Positions 18,399 through 27,344 of a stretch of DNA of 32,006 bases are shown piece by piece. The notes beneath the pieces were generated by a model. It searched no databases, was not told the DNA's origin, and saw only the letters and a program-made list of their open reading frames with translations. Location: NCBI GenBank assembly GCA_014534385.1, contig JACVRP010000001.1, forward strand, positions 1-32,006, given 5' to 3'. Within the stretch, counting starts at the first letter, position 1; each line of letters starts with the position of its first letter. A program made the position numbers and the translations under genes. Origin of the DNA: Cyanobacteria bacterium Co-bin13. GTDB lineage: Bacteria; Cyanobacteriota; Cyanobacteriia; Phormidesmidales; Phormidesmidaceae.

Positions 18399-18596
18399 TT
18401 CTGATCTCCAGCCCACTCAGGGCGTAGGAAAGTTCTTTAAGGCAAGGACAATTAGCAAAACTCAATCGCTGGCATCCACTTCTGTACCCTGGTCAGGAAA
18501 GCTTCTGCACTAAATTAGAATGGAGTCGAGAAAAGCCATAGCCTCGTCAGATTGGACTTAACACAGCCGATTCATCAACAGCTCCTCAGGCCAAAT

Positions 18597-18612
18597 TGTA
18601 GTCATCTATACA
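18597..18612. promoter_or_regulatory. Candidate NtcA-binding site
   Basis: TGTA-gtcatcta-TACA is an exact match to TGTA-N8-TACA, in an AT-rich divergent intergenic region. Confidence 0.4.
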
Positions 18613-18937
18613 AAGTCTCTTTGCAACGCGTCCTAAAAAAGCTCTGGCGTAAACAGGCTGGGGATCGCTGTAAAAGACATTGAATAAAAGCTTCAACGGC
18701 AGAAATAAACAGCAGAATTAAACTCTAGTCAGCTGAGAAAACGCCGCCCTCACACCTAGGTTTCAAGGCAGCTTTAGTTTCGGGTGGAAACTTATGCCGT
18801 CCTACCTTAAGTTGTAGATAAAATCCAATTCTTTGTATGAAACAAAAGCTGAATTTACGCAAAAATAAATTTGCTGAAATCTAAGTTCATGGAGGTCTAG
18901 AGTTTGGTTCCTGCTGATGTAAAGATTCACCAGACCC

Positions 18938-19645
18938 ATGTCTGAACACCTGATTATTTGTCCAGGATTTCATGAGGCCGCCTTGACTCAGTCGTTGTTA
19001 GACAGCCTCACTTCCAACCCCGTGTTTCAAGGCCTATCAACCCAGGTGATGCCGACCCAAGCGTCTCCTTGGGCAGTCCTTTCGGGTTACCAGGTACGGC
19101 AGTTTCTGGTAGCAGCCCTCGGCATTTCCGACCCAGACTTGAGCCGAGCGACCTCGGCCCTCAATCTCTTTTTCCTGTCTTTTAGTGCGGGCTGTTTAGG
19201 TGCGGTGGCTGCCGCCCGACACTGGCATGCCCTCGGGGGTAACGTGGGGGCTCTGTTTGCCGTCGATGGCTGGGGAGTGGCACTAGCAGAGCCCTTCCCG
19301 GTTTACCGCCTCAGCCACGATCGATTCACCCATGAAACTTCAGTGCTTCTAGGCAGCCAGCAGGTCAATTTTTACGCTGACCCACCCGTTTCTCACCTCG
19401 ACCTCTGGCGTCATCCCCATCAAGCCTCGGGCTGGCAGGTAGTCGGCAGAAAGGCGATAGTTAATTCCTCCCAAGCAGCTTGCCCTGCTGCTCTGAATCT
19501 CGCAGATCAGCAGCGGCAGGACATCAGCTCTACTTCGGTTGGGTTTGGCCCAGTAAAGACACCCACTACGGCTGCTGACTTTATCTGTACTCGGCTAGCG
19601 CAGGCCCGCCAGCAGCAGCCCGAAACAGCACAGTCAAGACGCTAA
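18938..19645 (+). CDS. Hypothetical protein, alpha/beta-hydrolase-like
   Basis: IICPGFH; nucleophile-elbow-like FLSFSAGCLGA; AVDGWGV; RLSHDRFTH; FYADPPVSHLDLW. A 235-aa ORF filling the gap. Confidence 0.7.
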   Translation: MSEHLIICPGFHEAALTQSLLDSLTSNPVFQGLSTQVMPTQASPWAVLSGYQVRQFLVAALGISDPDLSRATSALNLFFLSFSAGCLGAVAAARHWHALGGNVGALFAVDGWGVALAEPFPVYRLSHDRFTHETSVLLGSQQVNFYADPPVSHLDLWRHPHQASGWQVVGRKAIVNSSQAACPAALNLADQQRQDISSTSVGFGPVKTPTTAADFICTRLAQARQQQPETAQSRR

Positions 19646-19959
19646 TGAAAGACAAGATGCTGATAGAATAGTGCGATCAATGTCATCATCAGCTAACATC
19701 AGCTAGCCATTTTGGGGCCGATTTTCCTGGGCTAAGAGGTCTAAGGCCGTCCCAGCATGTTCTCCCTGATTCAATCAGGTAGGGCAAGACGCGGCATATC
19801 GATTTACCCACAGTGCGCTATCCCTGCAAATCCTCCGGCTTTATCCGGCTATAAATGACCCCTACCAGGGTCGTAAAGAGGCCTAATTTCAGGGCATGAT
19901 AAATAAAAACAAATTTTTTGATGTATTGGTGGTCACACTAAGAGTCGAGCTGCTGTCCA

Positions 19960-21807
19960 ATGACTTCTCCCGTTCAAGCCCAAAGTAACGTTCTTGTCCG
20001 CCGTGCAACAGGTGCCTTTGCCCTGATTGATAGCCTTAAGCGCCACGGAGTTCAGCACATTTTTGGCTACCCTGGCGGAGCCATTCTGCCCATTTACGAT
20101 GCGCTATACCGAGCTGAGGCAGCAGGCGACATCAAGCACATTCTGGTCCGTCACGAGCAGGGTGCAGCCCACGCGGCAGATGGATATGCGCGGGCAACCG
20201 GCAAGGTCGGCGTCTGTTTTGCGACCTCTGGTCCGGGCGCAACCAACTTAGTCACCGGCATCGCCACTGCCCAGATGGACTCCATTCCAATGGTCATTAT
20301 CACGGGACAGGTGCCTTCCCACGCCATTGGCAGCGATGCGTTTCAAGAGACCGACATCTACGGCATTACCCTGCCGATTGTGAAGCACTCCTATGTGGCA
20401 CGGGCTGCCCATCAGATCCCCCACATTGTGGCCGAGGCTTTTTACATTGCCAGCACCGGGCGACCCGGCCCGGTGCTGATTGATGTGCCTAAGGATATTG
20501 GGTTGGTGGAGTTTGACTACGAGCCGGTAGCCCCTAATACGGTTCGCCTGCCCGGCTATCGACCCACCGTTAAAGGCAACCCTCGACAAATTAGCCACGC
20601 CATTCGGCTATTGCGGCAGGCAGAACGGCCACTGCTCTATGTGGGCGGGGGTGCGATCGCATCTAACGCCCATGAGCAAATCAAGCAGCTAGCCGAGCAC
20701 TTTCAAATGCCGGTGACCACCACGCTGATGGGTAAAGGTGCGTTTGATGAGCACCATCCCTTAGCGGTTGGCATGCTGGGCATGCATGGCACGGCCTATG
20801 CCAACTTTGCGGTGAGCGAGTGCGACCTGTTGATTGCCGTCGGAGCCCGCTTTGACGATCGGGTGACCGGCAAACTAGATGAGTTCGCCTCCCGGGCCAA
20901 AGTTATCCACATTGATGTGGATCCGGCAGAAGTGGGCAAAAACCGAGTGCCCGACGTCCCGATTGTCGGTGACGTGAAAACAGTTCTCATTGAGCTGCTG
21001 CGCCGCCTGCAGGAGGAGCAGCCCCTGCTGCCCGAACAAACCCTGGCCTGGCGGGAGCGCGTCAATCGCTGGCGGCAGGACTACCCGCTGGTGGTACCCT
21101 CCTACGAAAAGATTTTGTCTCCTCAGGAAGTGATCGTAGAGCTGGGGCGGCAGGCTCCCCAGGCCTACTACACCACCGACGTGGGGCAGCATCAGATGTG
21201 GTCGGCCCAGTTCTTGAAGAACGGCCCTCGCCGCTGGATTTCCAGCGCCGGTCTGGGCACGATGGGTTTTGGCCTACCCGCCGCAATGGGCGCGAAAACG
21301 GCCCTGCCCGAGGAAACGGTCATCTGCATTAGCGGTGATGCCAGCTTCCAGATGAACCTGCAGGAGCTGGGGACGCTGGCTCAATACGGCATTGCTGTCA
21401 AAACCGTCATCGTTAACAACGGCTGGCAGGGAATGGTGCGCCAGTGGCAGCAGGCTTTTCACGGGGAGCGCTATTCCTGCTCCAACATGGAAGTCGGCAT
21501 GCCCAACTTCGAGATGCTGGCTCAGGCCTACGGCATCAAGGGCATTGTTGTTCACGACCGGGCCGATCTCTCAGCCGCTGTTGCTACAATGCTGGCCCAC
21601 GATGGGCCGGTGCTGATGGATGTGCACGTCCGCCGAGACGAAAACTGCTATCCAATGGTCGCTCCTGGCAAGAGCAATGCTCAGATGATTGGGCTGCCGG
21701 TCCTGCCGCAGCAGGAGCAGGCCGCAGAAGAGCTGCAGTGCAGCAGCTGTGGCACCGAAACCCTCTCGACTGCCAAGTTCTGCCCTGAGTGCGGCACGAA
21801 ATTCTAA
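19960..21807 (+). CDS. ilvB: Acetolactate synthase large (catalytic) subunit with a C-terminal zinc ribbon
   Basis: [45 protein letters not shown], the ThDP motif GDASFQMN...NN, and C-terminal CSSC...FCPECG. Confidence 0.96.
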   Translation: MTSPVQAQSNVLVRRATGAFALIDSLKRHGVQHIFGYPGGAILPIYDALYRAEAAGDIKHILVRHEQGAAHAADGYARATGKVGVCFATSGPGATNLVTGIATAQMDSIPMVIITGQVPSHAIGSDAFQETDIYGITLPIVKHSYVARAAHQIPHIVAEAFYIASTGRPGPVLIDVPKDIGLVEFDYEPVAPNTVRLPGYRPTVKGNPRQISHAIRLLRQAERPLLYVGGGAIASNAHEQIKQLAEHFQMPVTTTLMGKGAFDEHHPLAVGMLGMHGTAYANFAVSECDLLIAVGARFDDRVTGKLDEFASRAKVIHIDVDPAEVGKNRVPDVPIVGDVKTVLIELLRRLQEEQPLLPEQTLAWRERVNRWRQDYPLVVPSYEKILSPQEVIVELGRQAPQAYYTTDVGQHQMWSAQFLKNGPRRWISSAGLGTMGFGLPAAMGAKTALPEETVICISGDASFQMNLQELGTLAQYGIAVKTVIVNNGWQGMVRQWQQAFHGERYSCSNMEVGMPNFEMLAQAYGIKGIVVHDRADLSAAVATMLAHDGPVLMDVHVRRDENCYPMVAPGKSNAQMIGLPVLPQQEQAAEELQCSSCGTETLSTAKFCPECGTKF

Positions 21808-21869
21808 CCATAGGCATGTCGGCCACCAGATAGCCAGAGGTTTTCAATCCTGGTTCTTCGTGATCCCCT

Positions 21870-21903
21870 AAAGTGGGGCGCTAAATAGCGCCCCACTTTG
21901 TTT
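21870..21903 (+). terminator. Rho-independent terminator after ilvB
   Basis: AAAGTGGGGCGCTA-aa-TAGCGCCCCACTTT followed by GTTT. Confidence 0.75.
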
Positions 21904-21973
21904 ATGCAGGCGGTGCAATTTCATCAGAATGCAGTATCCTGGCTGCAGTTCTTGTGTGGTGCGGAGTGAATTG

Positions 21974-22537
21974 ATGTCTGCTGCCCTTAAACCCCGTATT
22001 TCAGCCCAAAGCCGTCCGCGTAATTTTCGGGAGGCAGCGGATCGTGTCACAGTGCTGGCCAACCCCGCCCGCAGCCAAGCAGGCCAACCTTTGACAGGGC
22101 TAGTGGAGCTTAATAGAAAAGCGCTAACGGAGGCCCCTCCTCGGCACCTGCAGGCTGTCCCCTCCACCCCCACGTGGTCTCGCCGCACCCAGCTGCTGGC
22201 TGCGTTTAACACCGGCATTTCAATGCTGACCAGCCTGCTGGTGGTGACAGCGTTGGGGGGGTATGGCTACACGGTCTACGTGGATCGGCAGCTGGATGAG
22301 TCTTCAGCTCACCTGAATAGCCTGCAGCGCAACGGGCAGCAGCTAACGACCATGAGCGAGGTGCTGAAGAACTACATGGCGGAGCAGGCAGAGCGACCCA
22401 GCGCCGGGCTACAGCCGCCCCGGCCCACCAACGTGATCTTTCTCAAACCAGCCCAAAGGCGAACCAGCGCCGGGACCGAAGCCCCGATCCCGACTGAGGC
22501 TAAGCCTGCGTCGCGGCTAGCGCCCCTGGGTTATTAG
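21974..22537 (+). CDS. FtsL-like bitopic membrane protein upstream of ftsI
   Basis: Basic cytoplasmic N-terminus, one TM helix (ISMLTSLLVVTALGGYGYTVYV), a heptad/coiled-coil segment (LNSLQRNGQQLTTMSEVLK) and C-terminal PLGY. Sits in the ftsL position. Confidence 0.65.
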   Translation: MSAALKPRISAQSRPRNFREAADRVTVLANPARSQAGQPLTGLVELNRKALTEAPPRHLQAVPSTPTWSRRTQLLAAFNTGISMLTSLLVVTALGGYGYTVYVDRQLDESSAHLNSLQRNGQQLTTMSEVLKNYMAEQAERPSAGLQPPRPTNVIFLKPAQRRTSAGTEAPIPTEAKPASRLAPLGY

Positions 22538-22575
22538 GGTTCAGATGAGATCGGTTGTGCACTTCTGATTTAGCT

Positions 22576-24453
22576 ATGGCGAGTTCGGCAGATTCTCCTT
22601 TTCTTAAAAAGCCCCTGCTTAGAAAGCAGCTTAAGAAGCAACCCCTTTGGGGGAAGCGGCTTAGAAGGCACCGACACCCGAATAAACAGCGACAGACTCA
22701 GCGCCAAGGGCGAGGGCAAGGACCACGCAGCCCTGTCAAGTCGCATCAGCCGACCCGCCTACGGGCGCTCATCGTGTGGGGTCTGTTGATGTTAGGCATT
22801 GTCGCTTTGGGAGTGCGGCTGGCCCATCTGCAGCTGGTGCAGGGGCCGACCCTGACCCAAATTGCCCGGCAGCAGCAGTTCACGCCAGATGTGCCCCGTC
22901 CGGCTCGCCGTCCGATTGTCGATCGCGAAGGCAACGTGCTGGCGGTCGATCGCATTATCTATACGCTCTACGCCCACCCGCAGCTGTTTCAGAAAGCACC
23001 TGCTGAAGTCGCGGAGGGACTCAGCCCGCTGCTGGAGATACCGCAGGACGAGCTGCTAAACCGCTTCAGCCAGCAAAAGAGCGGCATTCAGCTGAGCCTT
23101 GACCTGTCGCAGGAAGCCGCAGAGCGCGTTCGGAATCTGCGGCTAGATGGTCTGGAACTGCTGCCCCAACAGCAGCGCTTCTACCCCCAGCAAAGCCTGT
23201 TTGCTCCAATTGTAGGATTTGTCAACGTCGAGGGCGTGCCCCAGGCGGGGCTAGAAAGCGCCTTTGAGAAGGAACTGCTGATGGAGGCTGCAGCAGCGGC
23301 AGCGGTGCCTGCTGCACCGTTGGCAGCAGGATCCCTTAACCCCACGGTACCTCCGGAGTTAGCCGCCCCGCTCAAGCTGCAGCTCACCTTAGACAGCCGT
23401 TTACAGCGAGTTGCCCAACAGGAGCTGCAGGCCACGGTCGATCGTCATGGGGCTAAACGGGGAACAGTCATGGTGATGGATGCCCAAACAGGGGCGCTGC
23501 TGGCCTTGGCAACCAGCCCAACCTACGACCCCAATCGGTACTATGAGTCAGACATCACGACCTTTAGGAACTGGGCCGTCAGCGATCTCTATGAGCCGGG
23601 TTCGACCTTTAAGCCCATCAACATTGCGATCGCACTAGAAGTCGGAGCCATCACGCCAGACGACGGTATTTACGACGAGGGACGGCTGCAGTTTGGCGAG
23701 TGGACCATCCAAAACTCAGACTTCAGCCACGTGGGCGGACGCGGCCCCCTCTCAATTACCGATGTGCTGAAGTACTCCAGCAACGTGGGCATGGTGCACA
23801 TTATGGACCGGGTTCGCAGCGCCACCTACTTCGACTGGCTGCAGCGCCTGGGCTTGGGCCGATCCACCGGGGTTGACCTGCCCTCAGAGGTGGTAGGACA
23901 GCTCAAAGACCGCGACCAGTTCGTCAACAGTGACGTTGAGTCGGCGACAGCCTCCTTCGGGCAGGGGTTTGCGTTAACCCCGATGCAATTGCTGCAGCTG
24001 CAGGCAATTCTGGCCAACGGCGGCAAGCTGGTCACGCCCCACGTCGTCCAAGGCCTGGTAGACGATAAAGGCAGCCTCCGCTGGCAGCCAGATCGGCCCA
24101 CCCCCCAGCCTGTATTCTCGCCGGAGACAACCCAGGCCGTCCTAGAAATGATGGAAGCGGTGGTCAGTGATGGCACAGGCAAACCCGCCCAGCTACCGGG
24201 CTATCGGGTGGGGGGTAAAACCGGAACCGCTCAAAAAGTGACCGAAGCAGGCGTTTACGGCAACGGGCGGATCACGAGCTTCGTGAGTATCTTGCCCATC
24301 GAGGCTCCGCGCTACGTGGTGCTGGCGGTCATTGATGAGCCCTTTGGCGACAACGCTTACGGTTCAACAGTGGCGGCTCCTCTAGTCAAGAGCGTGATGG
24401 AATCGCTAGTGGTGATTCAGCGCATTCCGCCAGCCCAGGCGGCAGCCCAGTGA
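22576..24453 (+). CDS. ftsI: Class B penicillin-binding protein FtsI/PBP3 (peptidoglycan D,D-transpeptidase)
   Basis: TM anchor, RRPIVDREG, RFYP, GLE, YEPGSTFK (SxxK), SSN (SxN), GKTGTAQK (KTG). Confidence 0.9.
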   Translation: MASSADSPFLKKPLLRKQLKKQPLWGKRLRRHRHPNKQRQTQRQGRGQGPRSPVKSHQPTRLRALIVWGLLMLGIVALGVRLAHLQLVQGPTLTQIARQQQFTPDVPRPARRPIVDREGNVLAVDRIIYTLYAHPQLFQKAPAEVAEGLSPLLEIPQDELLNRFSQQKSGIQLSLDLSQEAAERVRNLRLDGLELLPQQQRFYPQQSLFAPIVGFVNVEGVPQAGLESAFEKELLMEAAAAAAVPAAPLAAGSLNPTVPPELAAPLKLQLTLDSRLQRVAQQELQATVDRHGAKRGTVMVMDAQTGALLALATSPTYDPNRYYESDITTFRNWAVSDLYEPGSTFKPINIAIALEVGAITPDDGIYDEGRLQFGEWTIQNSDFSHVGGRGPLSITDVLKYSSNVGMVHIMDRVRSATYFDWLQRLGLGRSTGVDLPSEVVGQLKDRDQFVNSDVESATASFGQGFALTPMQLLQLQAILANGGKLVTPHVVQGLVDDKGSLRWQPDRPTPQPVFSPETTQAVLEMMEAVVSDGTGKPAQLPGYRVGGKTGTAQKVTEAGVYGNGRITSFVSILPIEAPRYVVLAVIDEPFGDNAYGSTVAAPLVKSVMESLVVIQRIPPAQAAAQ

Positions 24454-24548
24454 GAAGACACCAGTGAAAAGCGGCTGGCGCTGCGGCAGCCCCAAAGTGC
24501 CGCTTGTTGACCGTCGCACCTTACAGCCAAGCTGCTATCGGTTAGGAA

Positions 24549-25184
24549 CTAGCCTTGAAACAGGACCTGCTCCAGCTGGCTGAGCGCCTCTTGAAAGTCA
24601 TCGTTGACAATCTGGATATCAAACTCGGCAGCCGCCTCAATTTCCGTTTGAGCCCGTCGCAGCCGCTTTTGGATGGAGTCTTCGGCATCTTGCCCCCGCT
24701 GACGGATTCGCTGCTCCAGCTCGTTGAGAGAGGGCGGCAGGATAAATAGCTGCAGGGCCTCTGGAAAAGACGTCCGAACCTGGCGGGCCCCTTCTAGCTC
24801 AATCTCCAAAATCACCGAGTGACCTGCCTGAATTAAGCTATTGACGGGCTGCCTGGGCGTGCCATAGAAGTTACCGGCAAATTCAGCCCACTCCAGCAGA
24901 TGCCCCTGATCAACCATCTGCCCAAACTCATCGCGGCTGACGAAATAGTAGTGCTGGCCATGCACCTCACCAGGGCGCGGCGAACGAGTTGTGGCGGAGA
25001 CTGAGAGCTGCAGCTCGGGGTGCTGCTGCAGTAGCGCCCGCAGCAGCGTGCCCTTGCCCACGCCACTGGGGCCAGTAAAGACAATCAGCCGACCCAGGCG
25101 AACGTTATTGGCAGCTTCGTTGCCAGTAATGGCAGACGTGGCAGGGGTGTCAAGGGTGGCGGTTGCAGAATAGAGCACAGTCAT
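24549..25184 (-). CDS. gmk: Guanylate kinase
   Basis: [11 protein letters not shown]-loop, [47 protein letters not shown]. Start uncertain (25193 or 25184). Confidence 0.95.
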   Translation of the reverse strand: MTVLYSATATLDTPATSAITGNEAANNVRLGRLIVFTGPSGVGKGTLLRALLQQHPELQLSVSATTRSPRPGEVHGQHYYFVSRDEFGQMVDQGHLLEWAEFAGNFYGTPRQPVNSLIQAGHSVILEIELEGARQVRTSFPEALQLFILPPSLNELEQRIRQRGQDAEDSIQKRLRRAQTEIEAAAEFDIQIVNDDFQEALSQLEQVLFQG

Positions 25185-25223
25185 AGGTGTCAAGGCTGCT
25201 TCAGCGGATACGGATTTCTTATT

Positions 25224-25976
25224 CTATTCAAGACTGGGCACATCAAAGAGGACGGTTGTCATGTATCTTTCGGCCCAGTCATCGCCAAAGGCCTTTTCCA
25301 AGACTCGACGAGTCTTGTCATTTTGCTGCTGCTGCTGGCAGTAGCGCTGCTGCCCCGCCAAGACAACGGCAGCTTGCTTAGGATTAGGCTGGGTCGCAAC
25401 GGCCTGCTGGCAGTGAACCTCTAAGTAGGCGGCAATGCGCTGCACAAAAGCGGCTTCTTCCTGGGCGTCTGCCGGGCGGATAAAGAGACAAAAGGGAGAG
25501 AAGATGGTACCCCAGGTCGGCAGATCTCGGGCCTGGGAGAAGGAGTGGGCGGGTAGAGCACTGAGCGCCTGGGTATAGGCCTCAGACAGGCTAGGGGCCG
25601 CCTCGGGAGCAGCGCTCACCACGGGCGAAAGATCGACAATAGCAGCGCTGATTTGACCGCGACCGCCAACCAGGTCACAGCCAAACATCGGTAAGCCGTA
25701 GTCAGGGCGGGGAAACATAACGCAGTGGAGAATGTCGAGGGATTGCCCCACCCGCGCCAGCTCCAGATGCAGCTTGCGAAATTGAGGGGTTTGGTAGCAG
25801 CGGTTCTCAATCACCAGCCGTTCTCCCTCCAGGCGGCCCTCTACATAGCCCAAATCCTCCGGCAAGGTGTAGGGGGAAAGATCCAGGTGACGCTGCCAGA
25901 CAGATTCAATCGTGTCTGCAAGCTGCCGAATCATAGGGTGCTGCTGTTGCCGGATAGAAGCAGAGGTGGCTGACAT
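25224..25976 (-). CDS. pcyA: Phycocyanobilin:ferredoxin oxidoreductase
   Basis: [63 protein letters not shown]...YMTTVLFD. Confidence 0.96.
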   Translation of the reverse strand: MSATSASIRQQQHPMIRQLADTIESVWQRHLDLSPYTLPEDLGYVEGRLEGERLVIENRCYQTPQFRKLHLELARVGQSLDILHCVMFPRPDYGLPMFGCDLVGGRGQISAAIVDLSPVVSAAPEAAPSLSEAYTQALSALPAHSFSQARDLPTWGTIFSPFCLFIRPADAQEEAAFVQRIAAYLEVHCQQAVATQPNPKQAAVVLAGQQRYCQQQQQNDKTRRVLEKAFGDDWAERYMTTVLFDVPSLE

Positions 25977-26177
25977 GGTTGAATTGAGGTTAAAACTCCA
26001 GCATATCAGTCTGCTGAGCGGCTGATGGTTGGAGTAGGCTTAGCCGCCCGCCCGCCCCCACGCCCCCCAGATTTCTAGGTATTCTGGAGGCTAACGCCAA
26101 CACTCAGAGGGACAAGGCCGGCCTGGGTGACTGTCTAGCGTCGATCCATCGAATCCATCAATTTAGAGTAGCCTGCC

Positions 26178-27296
26178 GTGAAACTCACAGATTGGATTAG
26201 CCTGGCTTGTTTGGGCATCGCTTTGGTCATTTTGTGGCGGTTTCGGCAGATTGTGCTGCTGATTTTTGCAGCAGTGGTGCTTGCGATCGCGCTTAACAGC
26301 CTGGTTCGTCGCTTCATTAACCGCCTGGACTGGAAGCGAGGGCAGGCAGTGCTGGCCACTATGAGCATTGTGTGGCTCAGCAGCCTGCTGGTGCTGGTGC
26401 TGGTGCTGCCCCTCTTCATCAGCCAGTTCCAGGAACTGCTCGTGTTGATTCCTAGCGGCTTTGAGCAGCTAGGCCAGTGGTTTGATGCTTTCAACACCAA
26501 TCCCCCCGAGTGGTTTCCTGAGCCAGATATTGATCTGCTGCCCGACTTCTCCACTCTGCTGGAGCAGGCAACCTCCCTGGGCACTCGGGCCTTTGGCAAC
26601 TTCTTTAACTTTTTCTCTAGTTCAGTGGCTATCTTGCTGCAGATGCTGCTGCTGGCGGTGCTAACTCTGATGATTTTGGCAGATCCTCTAGCCTACCGGC
26701 GGCTACTGCTGAGGCTATTTCCTTCGTTTTACCGTCGCCGAGCAGACCATATCTTGGCTCGATGCGAAGCAGCGCTTTTAAACTGGCTGGGAGGCGTTGC
26801 CATCAATTCTGCCTTTGTGGCAACCCTTAGCTTTACTGGGCTCGTTCTTTTAGGCGTACCCTATGCGTTTGCCCATGCGGTGTTGACCGGCATCTTCAAC
26901 TTCATTCCTAACATTGGGCCGACCCTGAGCGTTATTTTTCCTGTTTTCGTCGCCCTGCTCCAGTCCCCCGGCAAAGCTCTGGCCGTTATTGTTCTATATC
27001 TGCTGATTCAAAATCTGGAGAGCTACTGGTTTGGCCCCATGATGATGCAGAAGCAGGTAGCGCTGCTGCCAGCTGCCACCCTTATAGCTCAAATCTTCTT
27101 TGCCACTTTTTTAGGCCCACTCGGGCTGATTTTAGCCCTACCCCTGGCCGTTATTTGCAAAGTCTGGATCGAGGAAGCCTGGATCATTGATGTTTTAGAA
27201 AGGGAAGAACCGGCTGCCCTGGTTCCCGCGATACCGGCAGCGGATCTGCCTGCCATATCGGCAGCTGCCCCTCCGGCTGAGGACCAGCTGCCCTAA
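26178..27296 (+). CDS. AI-2E (UPF0118/PerM) family transporter
   Basis: Multiple TM helices with FNFIPNIGP, IQNLESYWFGP and LGLILALPL family motifs. GTG start. Confidence 0.88.
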   Translation: MKLTDWISLACLGIALVILWRFRQIVLLIFAAVVLAIALNSLVRRFINRLDWKRGQAVLATMSIVWLSSLLVLVLVLPLFISQFQELLVLIPSGFEQLGQWFDAFNTNPPEWFPEPDIDLLPDFSTLLEQATSLGTRAFGNFFNFFSSSVAILLQMLLLAVLTLMILADPLAYRRLLLRLFPSFYRRRADHILARCEAALLNWLGGVAINSAFVATLSFTGLVLLGVPYAFAHAVLTGIFNFIPNIGPTLSVIFPVFVALLQSPGKALAVIVLYLLIQNLESYWFGPMMMQKQVALLPAATLIAQIFFATFLGPLGLILALPLAVICKVWIEEAWIIDVLEREEPAALVPAIPAADLPAISAAAPPAEDQLP

Positions 27297-27344
27297 AGCT
27301 AAAAAACACTCAACCCAACCATCCCAATCCTTTGATCGCAGTCG

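Noticed and set aside
19646-19959. Possible attenuator or leader peptide, and a CRP-like site (TGTAT-N6-TCACA at 19922-19937), upstream of ilvB
   Set aside because: I found no Ile/Leu/Val-rich leader ORF or terminator-antiterminator pair, and the CRP-like match has a poor left half-site.
26135-26599. 154-aa ORF antisense to the AI-2E transporter
   Set aside because: The Ser/Thr/Lys-rich composition is what antisense reading of hydrophobic TM codons produces.
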